DNA of 64,000 bases from NCBI GenBank assembly GCA_031962025.1, contig JAVRKW010000005.1. One strand, 5' to 3'. The notes below the pieces were generated by a model. That model ran no database searches, was not told the origin of the DNA, and was given only the letters and a program-made list of their open reading frames with translations. This document shows, piece after piece, positions 53,056 through 63,503 of this stretch. The stretch comes from Pseudothermotoga sp. (GTDB lineage: Bacteria > Thermotogota > Thermotogae > Thermotogales > DSM-5069). The translations under genes and the position numbers were made by a program. Every line of letters starts with the position of its first letter. Position 1 is the stretch's first letter.

Positions 53056-53154
53056 TTCGATTCCTCCCAGGATTTGAGATTTCTCATATAGTATATAATA
53101 ACATCAAAGGAAGAAAAGTTGATGTCTGTTTAATCCTCAAAGGGAGGGGTCGTT

Positions 53155-55182
53155 ATGAAATTCTCAATCACGCTGATAATTGTGTCTTTTGCTCTCATAG
53201 TGTTGTTTTCGTGCGGTGGACCATCTGTTGCCACTAATCAGCCACCTGTTTTTGTTTCATCATCTCCCCAAAACGGTCAAACTGATGTGTCCTTAGATAT
53301 CACCTTAAGTTGGACATTCACAGATCCTGAAAACGACTTTCTGACATACGAACTGTTTTTTGGAGATAGTGAAAATAACACACAATCCAAGTACAAAGGC
53401 ACTGAAAATTCTTACAGAATAAGTCTTGAGCCATCTAAAACATATTACTGGAAAATAGTCGCAAGCGATGGAAAAAACAAAGTTCAATCACCTCTGCTGA
53501 GTTTTTCCACTGTTAAAGTAAACAGACAACCGAGCAAACCAGAATTGATATCACCTGCTCCAACTTCGAAAAACGTCGATTGTTCGCAAGTAGTTTTTCA
53601 ATGGAGATGCACAGATCCAGATCAGGATCCTTTGAGATTCGAAATATACATCGATGATTCTTTTGTAGCGACAGTTACAAATTATCAGTATACAAAATAC
53701 AATCTCACTGCCGGAAAGACTTACAAATGGTTTGTGAAAGCTTTTGATGGTATGTACATCGTTGAAAGTGATCCAGCAACTTTCACAACAGCCCAGATTG
53801 GTCAGAACAGGGCTCCAAATGTCCCCCAGCTTGTTTCTCCACCTGATGGAGCACAGTCTGTAAATATACCCCTGAAGTTAGAGTGGAAATGTTCAGATCC
53901 AGATAATGACCAGCTCACTTATGAAGTTTATATCAATAACCTGAAAAAAACTACCAATGAACCATCTCTTTTACTGGACGATCTTTCACCAAACACATAT
54001 TACAGCTGGTATGTAAAAGCCTCTGATGGGACAAATACAACACAGGGACCTGTCTGGAACTTTAGAACAAAAGGTATACCGAACACCGCTCCTTCAACAC
54101 CAACCAATCCCGTGCCGGAAAATAACACCTCAATCTTTGAAAAAGATGTTGTCCTAAGTTGGGAATGTTCAGATGCTGATGGTGACACACTGTTTTATGA
54201 TCTGTACTTTGGAGAAAGCTCAAATCCACCGTTGATAAGGCAAAATCTGTCAAGTTCAAATATGCTGATACAGAACCTTGAAACCAACAAAAGATACTAC
54301 TGGAAAGTTGTGGCAAAAGATGGTAACACCTCAACAGAAGGACCTGTCTGGAGCTTTTACACAGGTGTACAGACGTCTTTCAGTGAAATTCTGGCTCTGG
54401 CAGACGGTATTTACGATGTCAGCTTTGCGCAGCCAGTTACAGTTACAAAGATATCCTCTGTGACGGGTAATGACTTCTTTTACCGTGATGAGTCTATTTT
54501 CGTGATAGGCGATGAATTCTCGATCATAAAAGATACAACTGTAGCTACATCATCCTTCAGCGGAAAAGCCATCTGGGTTGACAGTCTTATACCAATTCAA
54601 AGAATCGTAGCCGGTGAAATCTTCGCGTGTATACTGAGCGACACTGATTTGTCGATTTTGAGAATATCAGACCAAAACGTCTATGAAGAGTCCTCAATAT
54701 CAATGAACCAGCCTTCATCGCTTTTTGTTCTCGGTCAGTACATATATGTCTGTGATGCAGATGGTTTGAAAAAGATCGATGCGATAGATCCAAAAAATCC
54801 GATCCTGAAAAGCACTTACCAATGCACGGCAAAAGAAGCCTTTGTCGTGGATAACACAGTCTATTTGCTTACAGATTCAGAAATCGTCAAACTCAGCTCG
54901 ACTGATCTGTCAGAAATCAACTCAACCGATTTTTCCGGTGCAAAAAAGATCTATTTCGATTCTGGTTTTGTTTATGTGCTGAGCGATCAAAAACTCACTA
55001 AATTCGATGAAAACCTTTCAAAATTAATAGAGATCGATTTGAACAGTGCCAACTCTCTTTTAGTCAGTGGAAGTTATGTCTATGTTGGAATGCAAAATGG
55101 TATAAAGGTTTTCGACACCAACCTGTCTTTGGTTAAGTCTGTGAGCATAAATGGTTTGAAAAAGATCATACTGCGCAGGTAG
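53155..55182 (+). CDS. Lipoprotein with four FN3-like repeats and a C-terminal beta-propeller-like region
   Basis: Lipobox LFSC; four repeats W.(C/F).D.(D/E).D.L.(Y/F)...Y.W.(V/I).A.DG. Confidence 0.82.
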   Translation: MKFSITLIIVSFALIVLFSCGGPSVATNQPPVFVSSSPQNGQTDVSLDITLSWTFTDPENDFLTYELFFGDSENNTQSKYKGTENSYRISLEPSKTYYWKIVASDGKNKVQSPLLSFSTVKVNRQPSKPELISPAPTSKNVDCSQVVFQWRCTDPDQDPLRFEIYIDDSFVATVTNYQYTKYNLTAGKTYKWFVKAFDGMYIVESDPATFTTAQIGQNRAPNVPQLVSPPDGAQSVNIPLKLEWKCSDPDNDQLTYEVYINNLKKTTNEPSLLLDDLSPNTYYSWYVKASDGTNTTQGPVWNFRTKGIPNTAPSTPTNPVPENNTSIFEKDVVLSWECSDADGDTLFYDLYFGESSNPPLIRQNLSSSNMLIQNLETNKRYYWKVVAKDGNTSTEGPVWSFYTGVQTSFSEILALADGIYDVSFAQPVTVTKISSVTGNDFFYRDESIFVIGDEFSIIKDTTVATSSFSGKAIWVDSLIPIQRIVAGEIFACILSDTDLSILRISDQNVYEESSISMNQPSSLFVLGQYIYVCDADGLKKIDAIDPKNPILKSTYQCTAKEAFVVDNTVYLLTDSEIVKLSSTDLSEINSTDFSGAKKIYFDSGFVYVLSDQKLTKFDENLSKLIEIDLNSANSLLVSGSYVYVGMQNGIKVFDTNLSLVKSVSINGLKKIILRR

Positions 55183-55256
55183 TTAGACTTTAATGATTTT
55201 TTAATTTTTAAAAAGCATAAAATGAATAAGTGATTTATACAAGGGGGGGACTGGAA

Positions 55257-56882
55257 ATGATCAGAAAGGCCATGTTAGTTCTGATCATGCTGTTAGTCAC
55301 CCTGAATTATGCGGCGCAGTTTACCAGAACGATCGAAGAGCGTATTCAGATTATGCAGGATGGTTCAGCAATCATCACAAGAACAGAGTTCGTCCCACAA
55401 TCAGATCTGGCAAAAATATACATAGCCCACTATGAGCAAATGCAAAAAGACAGAGAGGTTTTCAACAATTTCGTGGATGAACTTGCAAAAAACTACTATC
55501 TCTTATACGGCACAGCACCTTCTTTCACGTTGAAAGACATGAAAGTTTCTCAGGATTCAAAAGGTTACACCTGTGTCATAACGATGAGGGCACCGGGTGC
55601 TGTCAGATCAAAAGCTGGTTCACTTTTCATTGCACGCAAAGGCTTTGAAAATGAAAGAGCAGCAGAGAAGATGATACTGAAGTACCTTGAGAATGAAATC
55701 GATGGGAAGATCTTTGAGTCAGCTTTCTTAAATTCACCAAAGAACACTCTTATAACTAAAAGAAAAACGGAAATAGTACTGCCAAAAGGCTCGGAAATAG
55801 GACGTTTACAACCAAGCTTTTTTTCAAAATCCGGAACAGAAAACTGGTTTGTCGATCTGGGCGGAGGTACAACTTACAGAGCCAGTCTTCAAAAAACAGC
55901 CACAGGTATTCTGCTCTCTGAAGAAATTGTGACAAGCGGTGAGGCACCAAAAAATCTTCTTGATCAGAAAAAAAGTATAGAAGTCGTACAAGCTCTTAGA
56001 GATTACACCGCTTTCAGTCTGGAATTTTCAAACAGAGAAATGCATGAACAGGAACTAACCAAACCCGCTGTACACAAAATCGCAAGCGATTTTTATGGAT
56101 CATGGGGTTTTAACGTTTCTACAAATGAAATGCTATCTCGTACATTCACCTATTCCACACTCTCTGTGACACCGAAGATCACCGTGACACTTTCTTTTAA
56201 CGTATCGCTGTTGTGGGAACACGAATGGATACAGACAGGCTGGTTTAGCTGGAGCTACAGACTCAAGAAATTTGAAACGGTTGTTTCACTGTCACCATCT
56301 TTCACTCCCTCACTGCAAGTGAATGCAGGCGGGAGTATAACAAAAGATTGGTCCGTGAATCTTTTCACAAGAGGAAAACCTGTGACATTCTGGGTTGTTT
56401 GTATTCCCGTTGTGCTTTACCTTGAAGCTAAACTTGATGCAGAAGCCATTGCACAAATAAATGGTTCAATAAGTTTCGAAACTTGGGTTACATTCGGTAT
56501 GACAACGTCTTTAAAGGTGACCTACCAGAATGGAAGCTGGTCTAAATCGCCTTCTTATTCGACAAACTACTCTGGGGTGAATTTCAGTGCAAATGCAAAA
56601 GTACAGGCTGGAGCAGAAGGACGGTTGCCCTTCACTTTATCTGCCTATGTTTATTATGTCGCCGGTCCTTTTGTAAGATTAACTCCATGGATATCAGGAG
56701 AAACCCATGCATCTACTGGAGGTTCAAATCAGGTGGGATACAAAGTTAAAGGAGGATTGAAAGCTTCTGGCGGCGTTCAGATGGCTGGCTGGTTAAAGGA
56801 TCTTTGTGGAGGAATACCATCGATAAGTTATGATTTTTGGCAATGGGAAAAGGTTCTTGCAGAGGGTACATATACTTTTTGA
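55257..56882 (+). CDS. Hypothetical exported protein with beta-strand-rich C-terminal half
   Basis: Signal peptide (..LNYA), long ORF, followed by a terminator. Confidence 0.7.
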   Translation: MIRKAMLVLIMLLVTLNYAAQFTRTIEERIQIMQDGSAIITRTEFVPQSDLAKIYIAHYEQMQKDREVFNNFVDELAKNYYLLYGTAPSFTLKDMKVSQDSKGYTCVITMRAPGAVRSKAGSLFIARKGFENERAAEKMILKYLENEIDGKIFESAFLNSPKNTLITKRKTEIVLPKGSEIGRLQPSFFSKSGTENWFVDLGGGTTYRASLQKTATGILLSEEIVTSGEAPKNLLDQKKSIEVVQALRDYTAFSLEFSNREMHEQELTKPAVHKIASDFYGSWGFNVSTNEMLSRTFTYSTLSVTPKITVTLSFNVSLLWEHEWIQTGWFSWSYRLKKFETVVSLSPSFTPSLQVNAGGSITKDWSVNLFTRGKPVTFWVVCIPVVLYLEAKLDAEAIAQINGSISFETWVTFGMTTSLKVTYQNGSWSKSPSYSTNYSGVNFSANAKVQAGAEGRLPFTLSAYVYYVAGPFVRLTPWISGETHASTGGSNQVGYKVKGGLKASGGVQMAGWLKDLCGGIPSISYDFWQWEKVLAEGTYTF

Positions 56883-56916
56883 AGCGGGGAAATTTCATCC
56901 CCGCTGTTTGCTTTTT
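56883..56916 (+). terminator. Intrinsic terminator
   Basis: AGCGGGGA-aatttca-TCCCCGCT then GTTTGCTTTTT. Confidence 0.6.
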
Positions 56917-56968
56917 GTCAAAGATTCGTGCCAGAATACTTAACATTCCCGGTGTATAAAAAGTTTGT

Positions 56969-58198
56969 ATGGCGAAATATTCGAACCCATTTAGAGCGCT
57001 TAAAAACAGGAATTATCTCATGTTCTGGATTCCACAGAGTATATCGTTGATCGGTACATGGATCGACACAACATTGCGTGGTTGGGTTGGAGTGAATATC
57101 CTTCCTGAAAACAAAGCAGCCGGCTTTATTGGCTTGATAGCTTTCCTGAAGGGGTTCCCAACTGTGATACTTTCTCCGGTCAGCGGTGTGCTCATCGACT
57201 GGTTTGGTCCAAGAGAAGTACTTTTCCTGACACAGTTAGCCGATACGATAAACGCCTGTTTCATGGCTTATCTTGTTTACAAAAATATCCTGACACCTTT
57301 CCAGCTTATTGTACTGAGTATCTTCATGGGTATCTCTGCTTCATTTTATCTTCCATCCAGAAACACCTTCATTGGAAAAATCGTCCCAAAGAATCACCTT
57401 CCAAATGCGCTTGCTCTGCACTCGATGATATTCAATGTAGCAAGAATGATAGGACCGTCGATAGCCGGTTTTGTTGTGAAATATTACGGACTCAGTTTTG
57501 GTTTTATAGTCAACGCAGTCTCCTTTCTACCATTGCTGATAATTTTGCCGATGATACCTTCAAAGCATGAATACAACGGTGAAAGGGATAAATCCTTTTT
57601 CAAAGATTTGGTAGAAGGTGTGCGCTTTGTTTCCAAAAACAGAGCCATGAGTCTGACCTTTTTTTCATTGGTTGTTTACGCTTTTTTTGGTATGCCTTAC
57701 AGCATGCTGATGCAGGCTTTTGCAAAGAGCGCTGTGAAAACAGGACTGGTTGGCTATGGTTTGATGATGGGTTCTATGGGGCTTGGAGCTCTTGTTGGAG
57801 CTCTGATTGCTGGTGGAATGGAGCCAGAACATGTCATATCTTTCAAAGAGGAATATTTTATACTGATGATCGGTGTTAGCACATTGATCAGTTCTGTGTA
57901 TCCTCCTGCCGCATATGTGATGTCTTTCATCAACGGTGCCGGTCAGACTATATTTTTCAACATCACCAACAGCAGAACTCAGTTTCTTTCACCATCAAAC
58001 ATGCGTGGCAGGACAATGTCTCTGTACGCACTCATAAATAACGGTGGATCTCCAACAGGTGCGTTCGTTTTTGGACTTGTCGGGAATATCATAGGTATAA
58101 AAAGTTCATACACCATACTTGGCAGCGCTATGATAACCTACTTCGTTTTCAAAAGATACCTGACCAGTCAGCCTGAAAAGCTCAAATCAAGTAACTGA
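56969..58198 (+). CDS. MFS transporter
   Basis: ALKNRNY, ISLIGTW, FNVARMIGPSIAG, MRGRTMS; about 12 TM segments. Confidence 0.9.
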   Translation: MAKYSNPFRALKNRNYLMFWIPQSISLIGTWIDTTLRGWVGVNILPENKAAGFIGLIAFLKGFPTVILSPVSGVLIDWFGPREVLFLTQLADTINACFMAYLVYKNILTPFQLIVLSIFMGISASFYLPSRNTFIGKIVPKNHLPNALALHSMIFNVARMIGPSIAGFVVKYYGLSFGFIVNAVSFLPLLIILPMIPSKHEYNGERDKSFFKDLVEGVRFVSKNRAMSLTFFSLVVYAFFGMPYSMLMQAFAKSAVKTGLVGYGLMMGSMGLGALVGALIAGGMEPEHVISFKEEYFILMIGVSTLISSVYPPAAYVMSFINGAGQTIFFNITNSRTQFLSPSNMRGRTMSLYALINNGGSPTGAFVFGLVGNIIGIKSSYTILGSAMITYFVFKRYLTSQPEKLKSSN

Positions 58199-58910
58199 TG
58201 CCACTTGCAATAACAGTGGCAAAAACGATATACCTCAACCAGCCAGCACCTTTTTTCAGCGAGAACTTCACTCCAAGATACGCTCCCACCATACTGCCAA
58301 GACCGAGGATCAAACCTGCCAGAAACATGACTTTCCCGTTAAGCAAGAAGATTATCAAAGATATAGGTGTGTACAGAAGAACTATGAAAACTTTCAGAGC
58401 GTTGTTTTTTACTAAATCAAGACCAAGGAGTGCCGCCGTGAAAAATATGAAAAAAAATCCCACACCAGCCTGTATAAAACCTCCATAAACACCTATGCCA
58501 AAAAACGCAATTGATACCAGTACGGGATTGATTTTCTTATTCTGTTCCCCACTCCACATTTTTGGCTTGACGAAGAAAAACAGTCCCATTATCAAAAGCA
58601 GAACTCCAACTATTTTTTTGAGCAGATTTTGATCCAGATCGATCACAATCATGGTGCCAACAACTGAACCTATAGCAGCCGGTATTCCGCACAGAAGAGA
58701 AAGTTTTACTGGCAGCACTTTTCCTTTTTGAAAATTTCTAACTGCCACAATGTTCTGAAGAAGAATTGCTATTCTATTTGTACCGTTGGCGACATCTATA
58801 CCCATTCCCGCAAGAGTGAGAAGCGGTAATGTTAAAAGACTCCCACCACCGGCAACCACATTTAAAAAACCAGAGGCAATACCAGACAGAAAGATCACAA
58901 AGTACAGCAC
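58182..58910 (-). CDS. TauE/SafE (TSUP) family membrane protein
   Basis: GFLNVVAGGGSLLTLP, ANGTNR, GVYGGFIQAGVG. Confidence 0.88.
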   Translation of the reverse strand: MLYFVIFLSGIASGFLNVVAGGGSLLTLPLLTLAGMGIDVANGTNRIAILLQNIVAVRNFQKGKVLPVKLSLLCGIPAAIGSVVGTMIVIDLDQNLLKKIVGVLLLIMGLFFFVKPKMWSGEQNKKINPVLVSIAFFGIGVYGGFIQAGVGFFFIFFTAALLGLDLVKNNALKVFIVLLYTPISLIIFLLNGKVMFLAGLILGLGSMVGAYLGVKFSLKKGAGWLRYIVFATVIASGISYLI

Positions 58911-58918
58911 ACGACCAC

Positions 58919-59914
58919 CTACTCTGTTACAAGAGCATCAAGGAGTTTCACAAGATTTTGAAAATCTTCCAGTGAAATGTACTCTGCTTGGGAATGCAGA
59001 TATTTCACCGCCAAAGTGATGGGTACCATCTTCGCTCCACTTTCAATCGCCACAGATCCATCTGTGCCGCCACCTGTTATGCCTACCTGAACAGGTATTT
59101 TGTGCGCTTGAGCTATACTCAAAATTTTCTTCATATGGTCATAACTTGCTACAGCGCTGTTGTCAACCATTCTGAGAACAGGTCCTTTCCCGCACGCGAC
59201 ATCGCCTGTAAGAGAAGAACAGCAGGCAAAGGAATCTATTGCATAACACAGATTTATATTGTGTCTTGACAGAAAAGCCCTCGCACCTTTCAGACCTATC
59301 TCTTCCTGAACGGTCCATACAAAGAAAACTCTTTTTTTGAGATTTTGATTCAAAACATTTCGGAGCACGTACAAACAGGCTAAGCAACCAAATCTATCAT
59401 CTAGGGATCTGATCGATAGGTATCTGTTGTTTAAAACACTCACGTGTTTTTTAAAGACGGCAAAGTCCATCACTTTAACACCAAGTTCTTCTGCTTCGTG
59501 CTTATCGTGTGCTCCGATATCTATGCGTAGATTTTCCACTGACTGATTTGTTCCAAGATGTGGTGGTGCTATTCCAATCACTCCGTCGATGATACCTTTT
59601 TCTGTTACTACATCAAGATGTGCTCCAAGAAGCAGTCTGTCGTCAAATCCACCCATTTTTCTGAAGGTGAGTGAACCATCAGGTGTAATGCTCGTTATCA
59701 TCAAACCGATTTCATCCATGTGTGCCATCAAGGCAATCGATTCATCTTTGTGCCCGATCTCAACGATCAGGTTTCCTATGTTGTCCACGGTGTAGTCAAC
59801 GGGAAGGTGTGAAATGATGAGTTCTCTCACTTTTTCTTCTCTACCAGAAACACCTCTTGCCGTGCAAAACTCAACAAGATCTTTCACAAGATCGTCTTGC
59901 TGCACACAGATCAC
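58919..59914 (-). CDS. M42 family metallopeptidase
   Basis: GVSGRE, AHMDEIG, LDDRFG, VQEEIGLKGA, GGTDG, YLHS. Confidence 0.92.
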   Translation of the reverse strand: MICVQQDDLVKDLVEFCTARGVSGREEKVRELIISHLPVDYTVDNIGNLIVEIGHKDESIALMAHMDEIGLMITSITPDGSLTFRKMGGFDDRLLLGAHLDVVTEKGIIDGVIGIAPPHLGTNQSVENLRIDIGAHDKHEAEELGVKVMDFAVFKKHVSVLNNRYLSIRSLDDRFGCLACLYVLRNVLNQNLKKRVFFVWTVQEEIGLKGARAFLSRHNINLCYAIDSFACCSSLTGDVACGKGPVLRMVDNSAVASYDHMKKILSIAQAHKIPVQVGITGGGTDGSVAIESGAKMVPITLAVKYLHSQAEYISLEDFQNLVKLLDALVTE

Positions 59915-59956
59915 CTCAAGAGATATTATACCAGTTTGTTCGCTAAAAGAACATTT

Positions 59957-61483
59957 TCATTCGACTTTTTCAATCATAGAAAGAAGCTGTTTGAAGTACC
60001 TTCTGATTAGAAAGATCAGAGTGGCGGTTAATACAATCGGTAAGCCAAGTCCAATCAGATCAACCAGCAGTTCTTTTTTAAAGAATGACAGAAGCGAGTG
60101 TTTACTGTACATGTACATGACCAATGGTAAAACAGAACCTATGGTCAGTGCAAAAACGATACCTTCAACGGCAAAGACATGCAAGGTATTCAGTATCCTG
60201 GACGGATTATTTATGATATTCTTTTCTCTTTCTTTTATGAAAAAGTGTATGCCAAGAACTGCCGCAAATGCAAACATGACGAATACCACAGGAATGATGA
60301 AATAAAAAGTCCAGGAAAGTTTGAAATAGATCTGCAAAAAGATAGAGAGAATCATCGTCACTAATGAATAAAGACCGGCAGGGATGATCATCTTTGGCAC
60401 AAGGATCTGGGAGATGGTCAATGGCATGATTTTTGCAAGCGGCCAGGCAAGAAATTCCTGTTTCATAAGCATTGCCGAGCTCATCGAAACATACATCGTA
60501 CTTATGAATATCAATATGAAAAGAGGGCTCATGAAAGATTTTGTTGTAAATGAGAAGATCAAACCTATAGCTATTGGATAAATAATCATGAATACTCCTT
60601 GCTCATATCTGAAAAGAAGTCTCAAATCTTTCGAATAAACTCCAGTATGAGAGAGACCCTTCTCATGTTTTTTTATCACCGCTTTGTCCTCAAAAGAGAT
60701 TTTTTCTGATACTTTCAACGATAAAGACCAGAGTGCAAAGGTTATGACAAAAAGCAAAATGATGTACACAGGATTGTCAAGGGAAAGTACGGGCCATACA
60801 AGCGGGTTGTATTCTGACAGCACTTTTTGCCCTGTTCTGGTCAAAAATGAAAAAGTAGTGGCGCCGATCTTTTGCGGTAATAACTGTGTTGCAACAAGGA
60901 ACAAAACCACCGCAATTAAAATGGAAAAGAAATTCATCCTTCGCGCTGTTGATCTGTTCATCCAAATACCCACGACAGCTGCAATGAGGATTGAAAGAAA
61001 AATAAGAGCAAAGCACATGAGAAGAGCTGAAATAACTGAGATGAACAGATTTTTCCCAACACCTATGGCATACGCTGGCATGATGAAAAGATACATCACC
61101 ACAGCAAAAGATTGAAAGATCAATGTGAGAACCGCCTGGTAAAAAACTATCGTTGATCGTCTCACGGGCATTGTTAAAAGAAGCTGTATCTCTTCATTTC
61201 TGACAAAAGAATTCACCAGACTCGGTACAAAAGAAAGAATGAACACACCCGCCATCATAACAGACCAGTCTGCGACAAAAATAGTCGCAAAGTTTATACC
61301 GTTGATATTGACATCTTTGTACACTTTGAAAAGATCAGCAAATAGAACTCCAATGGGAACTCCGTATCCAATCACGGCTATCAGCGGCAAAAGCAAACCG
61401 GATATGGATTTTCTGGTTTTGGTTGAAGATTTACTTGAAGAACCTTTCAGACCGTATTTGAGCAGTATTATTAACTCTCTCAT
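59957..61483 (-). CDS. Putative ABC exporter permease
   Basis: Many TM segments, LLTMPV motif, downstream of an ABC ATPase. Confidence 0.75.
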   Translation of the reverse strand: MRELIILLKYGLKGSSSKSSTKTRKSISGLLLPLIAVIGYGVPIGVLFADLFKVYKDVNINGINFATIFVADWSVMMAGVFILSFVPSLVNSFVRNEEIQLLLTMPVRRSTIVFYQAVLTLIFQSFAVVMYLFIMPAYAIGVGKNLFISVISALLMCFALIFLSILIAAVVGIWMNRSTARRMNFFSILIAVVLFLVATQLLPQKIGATTFSFLTRTGQKVLSEYNPLVWPVLSLDNPVYIILLFVITFALWSLSLKVSEKISFEDKAVIKKHEKGLSHTGVYSKDLRLLFRYEQGVFMIIYPIAIGLIFSFTTKSFMSPLFILIFISTMYVSMSSAMLMKQEFLAWPLAKIMPLTISQILVPKMIIPAGLYSLVTMILSIFLQIYFKLSWTFYFIIPVVFVMFAFAAVLGIHFFIKEREKNIINNPSRILNTLHVFAVEGIVFALTIGSVLPLVMYMYSKHSLLSFFKKELLVDLIGLGLPIVLTATLIFLIRRYFKQLLSMIEKVE

Positions 61484-61486
61484 CTT

Positions 61487-62254
61487 CTAAAGCTCCTTTA
61501 CTATGGCTTCGATGTCCTTTTCATCGGCAGTCAGTTGAAGGAAAATATCTTCGAGACTTGCCTGTGTTTTGTTCGATGCACTTCTCAATTCTGCAAGTGT
61601 TCCTTCTGCAATGAGTATGCCCTTGTTGATTATCCCTATTCTTGTACACATCTTTTCTGCAATCTCAAGAACATGAGTGGTCATAAAAACGGTGCAGCCT
61701 TCGGAGGAATATTTCTGTAAAAGCATTTTCAGAATCTTTGCCGATTTGGCGTCCAGTCCTACCGTTGGCTCGTCTAAGAATAGAATCTGCGGTCTTCTCA
61801 TTAAAACACTCACAAGATAGAGTTTTTGTTTCATACCGTGTGACATATCAGAGATCGTTTTTTCAAGGTAATTCACCTCAAAAGCTTGACACAGTTCTTC
61901 GATTCGTTCTTTTGTTTTTTTTCTATCCAGTCTGTAAATCTCAATTATGAAATCCAAAAACTCAAAACCTTTCAAATTGGGATATATCCTTGGTTCATCG
62001 GGAACAACGCCAATTCTCTTTTTTATCTCCAGCTCTTTTCTGTCAAGATCAAGACCGAGTATTTTCACCTGACCACTGGTTGGTTTCAGTGTTCCTGTCA
62101 GCATCCTTATAGTTGTCGTTTTTCCAGCACCGTTCGGTCCAAGAAAGCCATAGATCTCTCCTTCATTTATCGATAAGTTAATGCCATTAACCGCTCTGAA
62201 AGTGCCGAACTCTTTGACCAGATTTTTTGCTTCAACAGTGACATTCATTTTCAT
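61487..62254 (-). CDS. ABC transporter ATP-binding protein
   Basis: GPNGAGKTT, MSHGMKQK, LFLDEPT, TTH. Confidence 0.95.
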   Translation of the reverse strand: MKMNVTVEAKNLVKEFGTFRAVNGINLSINEGEIYGFLGPNGAGKTTTIRMLTGTLKPTSGQVKILGLDLDRKELEIKKRIGVVPDEPRIYPNLKGFEFLDFIIEIYRLDRKKTKERIEELCQAFEVNYLEKTISDMSHGMKQKLYLVSVLMRRPQILFLDEPTVGLDAKSAKILKMLLQKYSSEGCTVFMTTHVLEIAEKMCTRIGIINKGILIAEGTLAELRSASNKTQASLEDIFLQLTADEKDIEAIVKEL

Positions 62255-62264
62255 AACCTCCCGA

Positions 62265-63503
62265 CTATAGTTTTTCTGCCGCTAAAGCCGCGAGTTTTGA
62301 TCTTTCTCCTTTGGTCAGGGTGATGTGTGCAACCAGGGGATCTCCGATCATTCTCGAGGCAGCATAAACAAGCCCGTTGCTGTCTTTATCCAGATAAGGC
62401 GTATCGATCTGATATGGATCGCCAAGAAGTACTATCTTTGTGTTTTGTCCAGCTCTTGTGAGAATTGTTTTCACCTCATGTGGCGTTAGATTTTGTGCTT
62501 CATCAACGATTATGTACTGATCTGGTATGCTTCTTCCTCTGATAAAACTCAATGCGCTCAATTCCATTATTTCCTTTTTTAAGAATTCTTTCAGACTCAT
62601 TTGAACACGGTCAAAAAGAAACTCGAGGTTGTCCATTATTGGTTGCATCCATGGCTGGAGTTTTTCTTCCAGCGAACCTGGAAGATACCCGACATCCTTT
62701 CCCATCGTGACCAGTGCGCGTGTGGCTATGATTTTTTTGAATTTTTTCTCTTTCAGAGTTTTTTCAAGTGCGCATGCAAGTGCTATCAGGGTCTTACCGG
62801 TGCCTGCAACACCAACGAGTGTCACCAGGTTCACTTCATCGTCAAGCAGAGCGTCCATCGCAAATAATTGTTGCTCGTTTAACGGGTTTATTCCCCACAC
62901 GACGCTGGTCTGATTTATCAAAAGTTTTCTCGCAGATTTGTTTTTGATCTTGAAATAACCGTTGATTGCTTTGATGTATTCATTTTCTCTTGCATCGATC
63001 ATCTGACCTTCCTCAATCTGCTGAGCCAGTTCACTGTATCCCGTTGTCAGAGAGGAAAGATTTGATCTGTCAGTTAAATAGTCCTGGGCTATGATGCCAA
63101 GCGCAGATGCCTTTACTCTGAGGCTTATATCCTTGCTGACGAGAATGGTCGGTACGGAGGAAGTCCGTCCCAATCTTAAAACATAAGCCAAAATCCAGTT
63201 GTCCAGGTATTTTTCAAATAGAAACTCCGGTGCTTCTCTGCGACCATCAGTTATGGTCATCACACTTATAGATCCACCGTCCGGTAATCTTACACCTTTG
63301 GACAGATCACCTATCGTTCTGAGCTTATCCAGTTCTCTTATAACCTCTCTTGCAGATCTACCAACAGAGTCAGATCTTCTCTTGAGTTTGTCCAGTTCTT
63401 CCAGTACCGGCAGTGGCAGTACGATGTTGTTATCTTCAAAGGAATAAATGGCGTGAGGATCGTGAATCAGAACATTGGTGTCAAGAACGTAGTTCTTCAC
63501 CAT
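62265..63503 (-). CDS. PIN-PhoH fusion (PhoH2) protein
   Basis: YVLDTNVL, EELD, SKD..LRVKA PIN domain; GVAGTGKT, GYLPG, RGRS, DEAQN. Confidence 0.93.
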   Translation of the reverse strand: MVKNYVLDTNVLIHDPHAIYSFEDNNIVLPLPVLEELDKLKRRSDSVGRSAREVIRELDKLRTIGDLSKGVRLPDGGSISVMTITDGRREAPEFLFEKYLDNWILAYVLRLGRTSSVPTILVSKDISLRVKASALGIIAQDYLTDRSNLSSLTTGYSELAQQIEEGQMIDARENEYIKAINGYFKIKNKSARKLLINQTSVVWGINPLNEQQLFAMDALLDDEVNLVTLVGVAGTGKTLIALACALEKTLKEKKFKKIIATRALVTMGKDVGYLPGSLEEKLQPWMQPIMDNLEFLFDRVQMSLKEFLKKEIMELSALSFIRGRSIPDQYIIVDEAQNLTPHEVKTILTRAGQNTKIVLLGDPYQIDTPYLDKDSNGLVYAASRMIGDPLVAHITLTKGERSKLAALAAEKL

